Below the pieces are notes generated by a model. It saw only the letters and a program-made list of their open reading frames with translations, had not been told where the DNA came from and made no database searches. Below, piece by piece: positions 27,211 to 41,189 of a stretch of 64,000 nucleotides of DNA (its first letter is position 1; every line of letters starts with the position of its first letter). The position numbers were made by a program, and so were the translations under genes. The stretch lies in NCBI GenBank assembly GCA_951406725.2, contig OX597824.1:42656001-42720000 (forward strand), read 5' to 3'. The stretch comes from Octopus vulgaris (Eukaryota).

Positions 27211-27420
27211 TATTATATTTATATATACGACTGGTTTCTATCAGTTTCCGTCTCCCAAGTCCACTCACAAGGCTTTGGTCGGCTCGAGGCTATAGTAGAA
27301 GACACTTACCCAAAGTGCCACGCTTCTTACCACACAGCCACTCTTGCACCTGTATGTATTGAAAAAGAGAAGGGTTAGTAGTTACAAGATGGTACTAAAA
27401 CAGTGTTAGGTACAGAAAGT

Positions 27421-27732
27421 GGATGGGCATGCTTTAGTGGTTAGGGGTATACGGCTTACGATCATAAGGTTGTGAGTTCGATACCCAGCGGCGCGCTGTG
27501 TTCTTGAGCAAGATACTTTATTTCACGTTGCGCCACTCCACTCAGCTGGCAAAAATGAGTTGTAACCGCAATTCATCGTGTCCCATTGTGCGTCACGAGG
27601 AATCTCCCTGAGAACTATGATGAGGGCACGTGTGTCTGTGGAGTTCTCACCACTTTCACGTTAATTTTATGAGCATGCTGTTCTGCTGATCGGATCGACT
27701 GAAACACTCGTCATCGCAACCGACGGAATGTC
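27421..27732 (+). mobile_element. tRNA-derived SINE (family C-related)
   Basis: A box ..TTTAGTGGTTAGG, B box GAGTTCGATACCC, then TTCTTGAGCAAGATACTT...CCACTCAGCTGGCAAAAATGAGT. Confidence 0.8.
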
Positions 27733-27882
27733 AGGTACAGAAAAGAGGTGGTAAATGAAAACGCTTGAAAAAAAAAGGCAAAATAAATTAATGTTTCGAC
27801 CAGGAAACTCTGAGTTGCACTGTAATTAGTAGGACTTGTATTTTTAACATAATATTACACATACACACACTCACACACACAT

Positions 27883-27925
<43 letters not shown>

Positions 27926-28116
27926 CACACACACACACGCACACATGTATGTATGTATGTATGTATGTATGTATGTATGTATGCACATATATATATAACA
28001 AATGATAGAGATGGAAAATGGAATATACAATAAACTTTATTGCTCATAACTAACGCTTTGATCATATGTATCTATGTACGCATGTATGTATGTATGTATG
28101 TATGTATGTATGTATG

Positions 28117-28271
<155 letters not shown>

Positions 28272-28274
28272 GAG

Positions 28275-29019
28275 TGTATTTTACCTTGTTAACAATTAAC
28301 ACGGAAAAATAAATAAATAGTTACCAGGGCAGCAAAAATCTCACAAGTAAAGGTGTTGTAACTCCTTGTTTATAATTTTATATGTTAGTATATGTTAGCT
28401 AAATTAATGTTAGTATTAGTAAATAACCCTTATTTAATCCCCTATTATCGATCTAAAAGTAAATATAACACCTTCAAAAGTAATTACGCTATGAATACTA
28501 GTAAAAATATTTGGTTAATAATTCCTTACGAGAGACAAATTAATTCTAATCTCCCACTGCTGTTTCGTCAAGCTATCGCTAGGAATTTTCCAAACAATTC
28601 TAGATATTACTCTATAATTAATTCTATGGATACTATGTTGGTTCAATCTGATAAGACTGGAAATCTGTACAAACTTTATAAAGACTATTATTTGGAATTA
28701 CTTAAAAAAGAAATTCAGAAAAAGTATAAAATTGCTGATAAAAGAATACTTAAGAAAGCCAACATGTATCTGAAGTTTGAGTATCTGTTAGCTACTAATG
28801 ACGTTATATCATATAACGTTTTTTTAAACAATATTAATAGCGTTCTGTCTATCGCTATACAAATCCATCATTTTTTGCTAAAATGTCTTATTGACGAGTT
28901 TCGTTTTTTTTCACTTTCCCGAAGAGAAGATTGCATTGTTTATACCAATCAGTGGAATTTTCGAAACATGTGCCGAAAGTAAAAATACTTGTTTACATCT
29001 GCGTTAACTCCATTTTTTA

Positions 29020-29022
<3 letters not shown>
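28275..29022 (+). mobile_element. Rearranged Penelope-like relic with degenerate hammerhead
   Basis: WLIIPYERQINSNL...NFPNNSRYYSIIN (post-RT region) fused to QSDKTGNLYKL...YLELLK..I.KKYK (DKT region). HHR-like motif at 28913-28980. Confidence 0.7.
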
Positions 29023-29085
<63 letters not shown>

Positions 29086-29471
29086 CATACATACATGCAT
29101 TCATACATGTACACACATATTTACATACATACACATAGACATTTAAATGTAATATAATGTTACGTGTGTGGTGGGGAGACAAAGAAAAGAGGAAAAAAGC
29201 AGACTAAACAAATGGATAGGTAGAGAATTGGTAGCTCAATGGAATGAGGGATACATCATTATGTATGTATGTATGTATGTATGTATGTATGTATGTATGC
29301 ATGTATATATGTATGTATGTATAAATGTATGTGTGTGCGTGTGTGTATGTATGCATGCTTGTATGTTTATACAATGTATGTATGCAAGTATGTACATATG
29401 TGTATGTATGTATGTATGTAGATAGATAGACAGATAGATAGATAGATAGATAGATACAAAGAACGAAAAAA

Positions 29472-29502
<31 letters not shown>

Positions 29503-29518
29503 AAGAAAGAAATAAATA

Positions 29519-29574
<56 letters not shown>

Positions 29575-30174
29575 CAAGAACGAAATCGTAGGAAAGTAAG
29601 AAGAAAACAGGGCGCCGGGGCATAAAGAAAAAGAAAATGAATGAGTGTATAAATGTATGCATGAATGACTGAATGAGAGAATGCATGGACAAAGTATAGG
29701 AAGGAAGAAAAGGAAGAAAGAGAATAGCTAAGATAACAGTTGAATGGCGTGGCGAAGAAGAAAGCAGAGTGATGTAACAATAAGATCCAGTCTAGTGTGC
29801 TACGGAGGGACTGATTGTAAATAGCCTGCAGCGGGAGTCTTTTATTTTAATTAATGTTCTCTTCAAATATCTATTGATGATGAGAAGTGGTACAATTTGG
29901 GGTTGCGTGTCAGACTTACGATGGGCGGGGAGGAATAACTGAGAGTGGGAAGAGGAGAGAGGTTGAGATGAAGCGAGAAAAACAGAGAAACCGATACATG
30001 CATATATATATATATGCATATATGCATTACATAATGTATATGATGTAATACATATTATATACGTGTGTGTGCGAGTGTGTGTTGTGTGTGTATGTGTGTG
30101 TATGGATGGATGGATGGATGGATGGATAGGTAGATAGATGGACAGATATATCTGTGTGTGCGTATGCATATATA

Positions 30175-30327
30175 GGCGCAGGAGTGGGTGTGTGGTAAGT
30201 ATCTTGCTTACCAACCACATGGTTCCGGGTTCAGTCCCACTACGTGGCACCTTGGGCAAGTCTCTTCTACTGTAGCCGCGGGCCGACCAAAGCTTTTTGA
30301 GAGGATTTGATAAACGGAAATTGAAAT
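30175..30327 (+). mobile_element. SINE family A, head only
   Basis: GGCGCAGGAGTGG...GGTTCCGGGTTCAGTCCCAC...CCTTGGGCAAG. Confidence 0.88.
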
Positions 30328-32289
30328 ATGTATATATACACACATATACATATATATATATATATACGTACTTATATACAAATGTGTATATATACATATA
30401 TATATTTGAAAAAAATTAATAGAAGTGGCTTTTGTGATAATTTTTCCACTTTAGCAATTATCAGTAGAAAATTATCAGCAGAACTATTTATATTCATTTT
30501 TTTTAAATATATAATAATGTACCAACGATTTTCCATTTCTTATTCCGCTATATATACATACATACATACATACATACATACATACATACATACATACATA
30601 CATACATACATACATACATACATGCATACACATGCAAATATATATATATTTATATATGTGTATGGTAACGGAAAATTTTTGTCGATCAATTTGTCTAAGC
30701 GATTGAAATAGGGAATAATGAAAAATACCAGAAAATCATTCACCCACTCACAAACTCATTAAAATGTGATATGTTCACAGTGATTGGTTCCGAAAAGAAG
30801 TAGGAAAATTAGACACTACCATACACAGAAGACGCGTTGTTTCTTTGTCTAATGTCAAAAATGCAGGACTAATGTGTGCTACTGTTGTATAAAAATCTTT
30901 GTTGTTTCTTCAGCGAATATCATAAAAATATTTAAAAAGTATTCGTTTCTCTTATGTCATAATCCTAAGATATTCCTTGTATGTGACGGAGGAAAACATC
31001 TACATAAGGCTTATCCAATATCGCTTTTATGAAAAACTTAGAAACACCTTTTGCTACTTCACTATCAAAATATAGTTCGAGTATAATATATGATCTTAAC
31101 GATTATAAAACTGATTGATTCATTATGTAACACATGACAGCGCTTCTTGCTATCATGAAAGGTGAAACTCAAACGTATGAGTCAAAAAACTCTAGCTTGG
31201 AAAATAAGCATACTTTATTTTATGTAAACATTTTTTGCTTTGTTTTATATTTGAATAATATTTCTGTATTCCTTTTATATATATAAAAAATATAGCTTTT
31301 GAGAATTAGTTTAACAAAATTGCTTCAAAGGCCCAGTAAGTTTCTGGGCCATTCTCGTGTGACATATATGACATTCAGAGACATAAATTATGAAATCTCC
31401 AAGCCATAAATCATGAAAATTTACAAGAATTATATTGATTCATTTTTAACAGTAAAGTTTGACTACTCAGGCATTAAACAAAAACTTATCTTGAATGTAT
31501 GTTGAATATTTTGAAAGCGATCCAAAATGTTTGACGTATGTGACGTCACACAAAATAACTGTTTTTAATTGAAAATACTAAATAATAATTCCCTTGAATT
31601 CCTTCAGAGCAGCATAAAAAGCATCATAGTAATTATTTACATTGACCTCAAATTTTCAAATGATGATATATTTGCTGGGCAACGTCTGCGGTTCACTTTT
31701 CTCATTTACCTGGTGTGACGTGTGTGACAAAACTAGATGTGCTATTTTCTAGACAAATATTTTCTATATCTTCCAAATAGTGTAGATCTGGAAGAAATTG
31801 TCCTAATATCGATATCTGGTCGAAAATTAATCATTTCAACATACCTTTACAAATATACAGTGACTGTTCTGAGCATTCTAAACATTTTTGAAAACTTGGA
31901 CACTTTTAAGTGTGATGTGCTTTCAACGGCCATCCAAATAGTATTGCTTTATTAGTATTGTTGATGATATCGTTAACGGCTCAGGATAACAGTGATGATA
32001 ATTATGAGTACCTCGAGGATAAAAATGACAGATTGCCCTTATAGAAAGATATAGAAAGACAAGAGAACCGTGATGGAATGCTATTATTTAAGTGATCTTA
32101 CCAAAATAAGAGAAACCGGATTGGCGTTCGGTGTGATGAAGACCCTGTCTCCTGTCTAACACAGGATCTTTAGCCGTGATTAATGGCCCTCCTAACAATG
32201 GTATAACGAGAAAATTAAACTTGTGGGAAAGAACCCCCCCTCCCAACCCAACTCATTAATGAAATAATGCAAAATAATTCAAATAACGG

Positions 32290-32470
32290 TATGCATGACT
32301 GGAACCAGAAGAATAAGTGCCTTGTTCGATAGAAGCTCTGCTGCACAGCAGGGTGGACCCGCTCGTGATCCAGATACTGCTAGTCAAAGAAAGAGGTAGA
32401 AGTGGAGTAAACAGAGGAAACGCTGTTATCATGGAGTGCTTTTATTTGAGCAAACCAGTAAATGAAATAC
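32290..32470 (+). mobile_element. R4/Dong-type LINE ORF N-terminal relic
   Basis: Broken-frame R.KWS...N.VIMECFYLSKP motif, typical of the N-terminus of these ORFs. Confidence 0.5.
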
Positions 32471-32785
32471 AAAATAAAAGCGGAATCGTCACAGCTGTAA
32501 TGCACTTCGGTCGTAGCTAAACAACAGCCACAACAATTGAAAATATATCGCTATTTTATTCATTTACTAAGGTTTCTTTGCTTCCAAAATAAGTTTGCTT
32601 TTTGGTATCCGCTATTTGCAGCACCATTTAATTTATATTTACTAACTTTCATAAAAAGTTATGTTTTATTATCAAAGGCAATGAAGAAAATAATAAGTTA
32701 ATTAAACTCGAATTGCATTTCATATCAAATTTCAAAATGAAAAACAAAAGTTTCATATAATGATAAATATGTTTTACATACATAT

Positions 32786-33197
<412 letters not shown>

Positions 33198-33224
33198 AAA
33201 AATAATAAAATACAGAGTAAACAT

Positions 33225-34160
33225 GAAAGCTATATTTTGTATGCAAAACAGTGAACAAAATTCAGATTCAATTTTGAATTAAATTTGAAAATGAATAAAA
33301 ATTATATATGTTGATAAATATATTCTACGAATAGACATTATTAACACAAATATCATTTTTAAGACGAAATTTTAAAATTATGAAAATATTTAATTCAAAA
33401 TAGAATTTTAAATTAAACTTAAAATTGAAAATAAATTCTATATGGTCATAATTTTTAAAAAGTTGTATTTTATTTATAAAAATAATGACAAAAACTACGA
33501 TTAAATAGGAAATTGCATTTTAAATTAAATTTGAAAATTATAAAATTTATAAATGCCTATGAATATATTTTATATATTGAGCTTCTTAAAACATATGTAT
33601 ATGTTTTTAAAAATGTAATGAAAACAGTCAAAATTTAGATTCGAAGATTGATTTAAATTTCAATTTGGAAATTTAAGGAAATATATATTTCTTAAATTTT
33701 TAAGTGATAAACTATAAATTTTCAGTAGATTTCAGAGCCACCACTGTAAGTTACGTCTTCTATACTTACAGTGCTGCTCTGAATTCTATTATTTATCACT
33801 TAAAAATAAAAACATCGAAGTGCTATAACAAAAAGTAAGCTACAATATTGACTAGTAAACCTTTAATATACACGATAGTATATTATGGTTGCAAGATGAA
33901 ATGCTATGCCCTAGCTGGTAATTAAATATCCAACTTGTCTTTATAAGCAGTTTTTTCAAAATCAAAAATGAATCCTGAAATTGCATTTTAAATTACATTT
34001 GAAAAGAAAATAAGTTATACATGTTGATAAATATATTTTTATGGGAGGTTTCTTTTTAAAAGAAAATATTTTTGTATGCAAAAATCATTAATTTTTAAAA
34101 AAAATTAAATCGATATTTTAAATTAAATTTGAAATATGTCGGCAATGATAAATATAATAT
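33225..34160 (+). repeat. Degenerate AT-rich ~120-130-bp tandem repeat
   Basis: An AATTAAATTTGAAAA-like motif recurs at ~33278, 33411, 33523, 33651, 33991 and 34121. Confidence 0.55.
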
Positions 34161-35869
34161 ATATAAGCGAATCATTCTCGTACTAGAAGCATAAAACATC
34201 GTAAATATGAACACTGCCTTTTCTTCTCATATTAAACTGAAAACTACAAAGAGAAATATGTAGTTTGTATTTAATAAGGCTGATGTTTGTTTCCTGCCTA
34301 TTAAGTGCAAAAGGGAATTAATTGCGGTTCATTTTAAATTAATATAGACTGAGTAAGAGAGCACTCGGTGCAACAGTAATGCCCGTAAATTAGTTGTTTG
34401 AATACAATAGAACGGGATAAGGAATGACATGTATATATAGGAAGAATAACAAGAGGAACAAGAACAGAAACAACGGCAACGTTCTTAATCAATGACCTTT
34501 CAAAGTTCAAACTGAATATAATTTACCTAATTGTCTTCACCCCCACCACCACCACCACCACTAACTTCTTTCAAAGAACTATATTTCTGTACCCTGTAGA
34601 CTGCATCATACGAAGCAAACAGCATCAGTAGCAGTAGCCGCTACAAGACCGAGTCAGTGATGGAGCCTCTGCTTGATCATTAGATCTGCAAGAAATTGCA
34701 GCTAAATTTCTCTTAATTTAACGTTACGCAGTGCTCCGTGTATTCTGGGAGGTACAAAATGGTGGTAAGGTCACGGTTGGAATGTCTTTTGATGTAGAGC
34801 TGTTCAATGAGTGCTAACTTGGAATTAAATAACAGCAACAATATTAACAATATTAGCAGCTCGCCCTACGAGACGGAGGAGTTAACAGTCCCTGTTTTCT
34901 ATATAAAAAATATCGCAAGACACATTGAATAATGTAGGCATTAAATAGAGACAGGAAAATAAAAGAATTAGTCACGGTTGAAATGCCTTTCTTCAATCTG
35001 AAAACAAAAATAGCTTGGTGTTTAAACTGCAACAATCCACAGCAATAGCATCAGAATTTATTGATTAACGATAGTGAGATTGATAGAGTGGAAGACAAGC
35101 TACTTTGTGATTGTGAACCAGCGTTCTCTTATGTTCTGAATCGAAACCATGTCGAGGTCAACCTTACTTTTTATATCTCTGGTGTCGGATGCCTCCATCC
35201 ACCACAATATGTAACTTTACTCCTCAGTTAGAAACAATTATTATTTTTATGAAGACAGTGAATTGGCGGAAACTTTAGAGCATTTGGTTGGACGTCTTGT
35301 GGTATTTGTTCCAAGTCCCCGCTTTCTGAATTCAAATTCCGCTCAGTTCAATTTTACCTCTTATCCTGTCGGGGTTGATAAAATGAAATATTACTCAATT
35401 ACTAAGTTCAATATAATTGACAAAACACTTACCTCCAAAATTGCTGGACTTATGCTAATACTAGAACCAATATTTTTATAACTGCAAAAAATAGAATCAG
35501 TAGGACGTTAACAAATATAAGCTATTTCGATTTAATTACACCTCAATTAGTTCGTCTTGCACAGCTTTACACATGATCTATTCCATAACTAGGAATAGGA
35601 TGGAGATGAGGATGCAGTTTCTTTGTGAACCGTATTTCGCAGAAAATCATTTAGAGGACGTCTTGTTGTCAATCAACATAGTATATTCAAAATGGTTATA
35701 GATCCGATTGATCAGCGCTATGATATTCTCGCATACCCTATCTGTCTTGAATCCCACTTGCTCATCCTTCGGCTTATTGTCATTTTTCTGATCCGCTTCG
35801 TTCGACAAGAACTCTGCCAAAACTTTGTTCTTCCTCACCCGGACTACTGCTCTCAAGGCATCATATAGC

Positions 35870-36104
35870 TATTTCTTTACTACCCACAAGGGGCTAAACA
35901 CAGAGGAGACAAACAAGGACAAACAAACGGATTAAGTCGATTATATCGACCCCAGTGCATAACTGGTACTTATTTAATCGACCCCGGAAAGATGAAAGGC
36001 AAAGTCGACCTCGGTGGAATTTGAACTCAGAACGTAGCGACAGACGAAATACTGCTAAGCATTTCGCCCGGCGTGCTAACGTTTCTGCCAGCTCGTCGCC
36101 TTTA
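35870..36104 (-). mobile_element. Full-length young SINE family B with 17-bp TSD and Tx1-like tail
   Basis: TSD TCAAGGCATCATATAGC at 35853-35869 and 36105-36121. Confidence 0.95.
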
Positions 36105-36266
36105 TCAAGGCATCATATAGCGTCAAACTAAGAGCGGCGCCCGAGGTAACCCAATGTCAATGCTTCAAGAAGAGTGCCTCGCTGCAACAGATGAGATACT
36201 AGGTAAGGCTAAAAAAAACTGAGGCTCTACTCCCAAGAACGAAGTCGTGAAAGACATAAAATATAT

Positions 36267-36300
<34 letters not shown>

Positions 36301-36544
36301 ATGCATACATAAATACATATATACTTATGTTGGTGTGTGAATTGGTGTGTTTGTGTGTACCTGTGTGTGTATCTCTTTATGTTTATGTTTGTCCATCACC
36401 ACCACCACTTCTTGGTTTACTTTCGTCCTTGTAACGTAGCGGTTCGGCTAAAGTGACCGACAGAATAAGTACCAGACTTTAATATATATAAAGTCTTGTT
36501 CATAAGATTTGGACAGCTACAACTTCTTGGTTCTTTCCATTTCC

Positions 36545-37400
36545 AGTCAGTGTACGACACTCTCCCAACGCCGACAAACCTGCACAGACGGAGTTTACGT
36601 GGAAGTCAGCGCAGTGCAGATTTTGTAGCGCAAGGGGTACCATGACACACACCTTACCAGGGTGCAAAATAGCACTTATTCAAGAGACATGCAAGTGGTG
36701 CCATGACAGGATGTTTGTATTACTTGCTCGCACCCTGGAATAGGAAAGGCTCAAGAAACAGCATCACCAGAGAAAAACAACAGCACCAGTCAAGTTGTTG
36801 AAAGAAGAAGAAAAGTCAGTGAGGACAACAAAAAAGACAAACAGCTAACAACATGGGCACCAATTATAGAATATGAAAGTGGACCTAGGGGAGAGACTGC
36901 AGTTTTCCTGGCTTGTCCATACAATCCTGAGGCCAAATGTAGTTCTGTGGTCTGAAAAGATAAAAAGAATAATCTTGATCGAACTTAGAGTTCTGTGACA
37001 AGAAGGGTGTGATCAGGCCTACTAAGTGGAGCGTGCCAAGTATGACAGCCTTCTGTAGGATTGTTGCAGAAGGGATGGCAGTCATAGCTTCCCCAGTCAA
37101 GATTGGCTGTAAGGGATTCCCTGCTCAGTTGGTATAAATGCTTGCAGCCATTGTTGGAATGAGAGGAAAAGAGTGAAGGATGGTTGTGCGCAGGATGGGA
37201 GATGCAGTACAATGCTCTTCTTGCTGGTTATGGAGCAAGAGGGAGGAATTAATCTGCAAACCAGTAGGAAATGATAAGCTGTAATTTGGCTACTTCTACT
37301 GAGCTACCAACGGAAGCGTGTTGCGACTCAGGACTGAAACACCCGATGATCGTTGGATAACGTCTGATGACATCAGTTCCTTCTAACCAAGGTTCACTTC
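36545..37400 (+). mobile_element. HERO (R2-Hero)-type RLE LINE 3' fragment
   Basis: PTNLH...C.FC...GTM.HTL.GC..AL.Q....W.HD; VDL...L.FP; LRPNVVLWSE; FPV.IGCKGFPA; WLWSKRE. Confidence 0.8.
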
Positions 37401-37479
37401 AGTGTGGTGAGTGGAAAAGAAACGCCTTCTTCTAGGTATTATTAATAACACACATATATGTACGGAAGATCCTGGAGGA

Positions 37480-38062
37480 TCCCTTCGGGATTGAAAACTC
37501 TAGCAACCCCCAAACTGGACGCCACTGCATAGTTCCAAATATCCCACCTTCTGTATCTAGAGTAATGACCCAATACTATAACAGCTTAGAGTTCTATGGC
37601 CGATAGTTTGTTACTACCTTGCCCAAAGAAGCACAGTGAGCTACGAAGTATAAATATGGATGTGTTTGAAGAATACTTAGTGGGAGCTGCATGGCTTAAT
37701 GATTAGGGAATTTGACTCATGATCGTAAGATTGTGATTTCGATTCCCGGACCGGACATTGCGGTGAGTTCTTAAACAAAACATTTCGTTTCACGTCGCTA
37801 GTCCACTCAAGTGGCAAAAATGAGTAATCCTATGACGGACTGATGTCCAGTCCAGGGGAGAATATATACAACACTGAAACTGGGAAACCGTCCTTATGGG
37901 TGTAAACGGTTTGGAAAGGAGATTTATCCTTTTAGAAAACATTTAAATTATTTTCTGTGTTAACCGACATCACAGCAAGAAACGCAAATAAGGGCAGTAT
38001 TGTCCAACGTACTTCTTCACCAGAACCAAGCCCAGCGGGTGGGACCGGGAGGTGCTCCTGAT
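37480..38062 (+). mobile_element. CR1-like LINE 3' relic split by a SINE
   Basis: Broken-frame YNSL.F.G...LP...DVF...L and R.A..SN.L.HQ pieces lie on either side of the SINE at 37681-37930. Confidence 0.5.
37681..37930 (+). mobile_element. tRNA-derived SINE with V-domain-like segment
   Basis: A/B boxes TGGCTTAATGA / TTTCGATTCCC; central CCTATGACGGACTGATGTCCAGTCCAGGGG. Confidence 0.7.
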
Positions 38063-38359
38063 AAGGTATGGAGATTGTGGTGGGGATAAGGGTGGTTATA
38101 ATTGCCATGCTGATAGGATTTGTGTAGTGCGGAAGCTGTGGTTGTGTCGGTGGTGGAGGCGATGATAGGGCGGTGTTTCCTGATGGTTTAGCTGGTGCTA
38201 GTTTTTGGTGGTGGTTATACTGATAATGGTGTTGATGGTATTGCAGTGTTTGGGTGTCGCGTTAGAGTTGGTGAAGATAATAATAATTGCACTGGGACTC
38301 ATTATATAATGGATGCGTACAAGTTTATATTGACTATTGTAATAGTGATGTAGGGGACG

Positions 38360-39830
<1,471 letters not shown>

Positions 39831-40332
39831 CAGTGAAGGTTACAAAGCTGTAGGAAAATCCTGTGTGCGTATGATCGACATATCGCGAGATATGACTGTC
39901 ACTTATTTCCGCGACCCCGGAGGCATGAAAGACAAAGTCAACCCTGTGGGATTTGAACACACAATGTAACTAAATGAATTGCTGCTATATGCAGCTTAAA
40001 TGATAAGAGCGCGGTGGGATGGGTGGAGGTGAGAGGAAAAATGATAATAATAAACGTAAGAAAAAGAGATTTTTAAAAAATGGCAAATGACACAACTAAA
40101 AACTAAACAAAATAATAAAAGAAAGGACAGTTTGTCGAAGTTGTGATTCCGTAGTTGTCACTCATGACTTGCCAAATAATTTGTGGTTAGAGAATCCTAC
40201 CATTGCCATGGTGCTGCAAGCTAAATGTGTTTTTGAAGCACATTTATATGGTGAGAACATTCAATATGATTTTCACATTTCACATAAGGAAACTATGTGA
40301 AAGACAGGAACCGTGTCGTCTGATATGTATGC

Positions 40333-40364
<32 letters not shown>

Positions 40365-40384
40365 GTATACTTATATATATATAT

Positions 40385-40699
40385 TCTTTCATTTGTTTCA
40401 GCTATTTGAATACAACCATGCTGTAGCACCGGCTTTAGTCGAACAAATCGACCCCAGAACTTATTATTTGTAAGCCTAGTACTTATATTCTATCGATCAC
40501 TTTTGCCGAACCGCCAGGTTACGGGGATGTAAACACACCAACATCGATTGTCAAACATTGGTGGGAGGATAAACACAGACACACAAACACATACATATAT
40601 ATATATATATACGACGGGCTTCTTTCAGTTTCCTTCTACCAAATTCACTCAGAAAGCTTTGGTCGGCCCGAGGTTATAGTAGAAGACGCTTGCCCAAGG
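40385..40699 (-). mobile_element. SINE family A, 5'-truncated
   Basis: rc of CCTTGGGCAAG...GAAAGAAGCCCGTCGTATA...TAACCTGGCGGTTCGGCAAAAG. Confidence 0.88.
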
Positions 40700-41189
40700 A
40701 AATTAAATCGGCTTTCATTGCAAGGCAAATTTACAAGATTTGGAAGGGAAAAATTTATCTTAAATTGAGGAAGCGGAAAAAAGAAATTCACAATGTTTTT
40801 TTCAAAAAAATAATTATTATATACAAAAATTAATAAATAAGTATACTAATACATTGTAGTGTCTTTATGCTTTTAGAGTCCAATATTAGTCCATGGAAAA
40901 ACTTCTTTTGGAGATTAGGGTGCATGTATTTCAGTGTAGTGTTTTGTTTGAAAAGGTTGGATGTTTGTGTGTCAAAACAGGAAATGGAGTAGGATTTTTT
41001 GTCAAACAGGATGCTTATATCTATTTTTTGTCAGACCGGATACTAGAAAAAGGAATATGGTCACCGTGGAGTTTGCATATTAAGAAGCGTCTGGAACTTT
41101 TCAGTAAAAAGATTCTCCTTGTTGATTCTTTCTTGTGTAGAGATTGTCATTACATTGATAGAAAGGGGATATATAACAAATCATCCATA

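Larger units (their letters stand above)
26525..27350 (-). mobile_element. SINE family A (B-box region deleted) with two nested hammerhead elements in its (TA)n tract
   Basis: Tail rc at 26525-26720 and head rc at ~27227-27350. Confidence 0.88.

Noticed and set aside
35647-35856. RT fragment (EQVGF...R.C) on the minus strand
   Set aside because: A single weak motif, too degenerate to assign.
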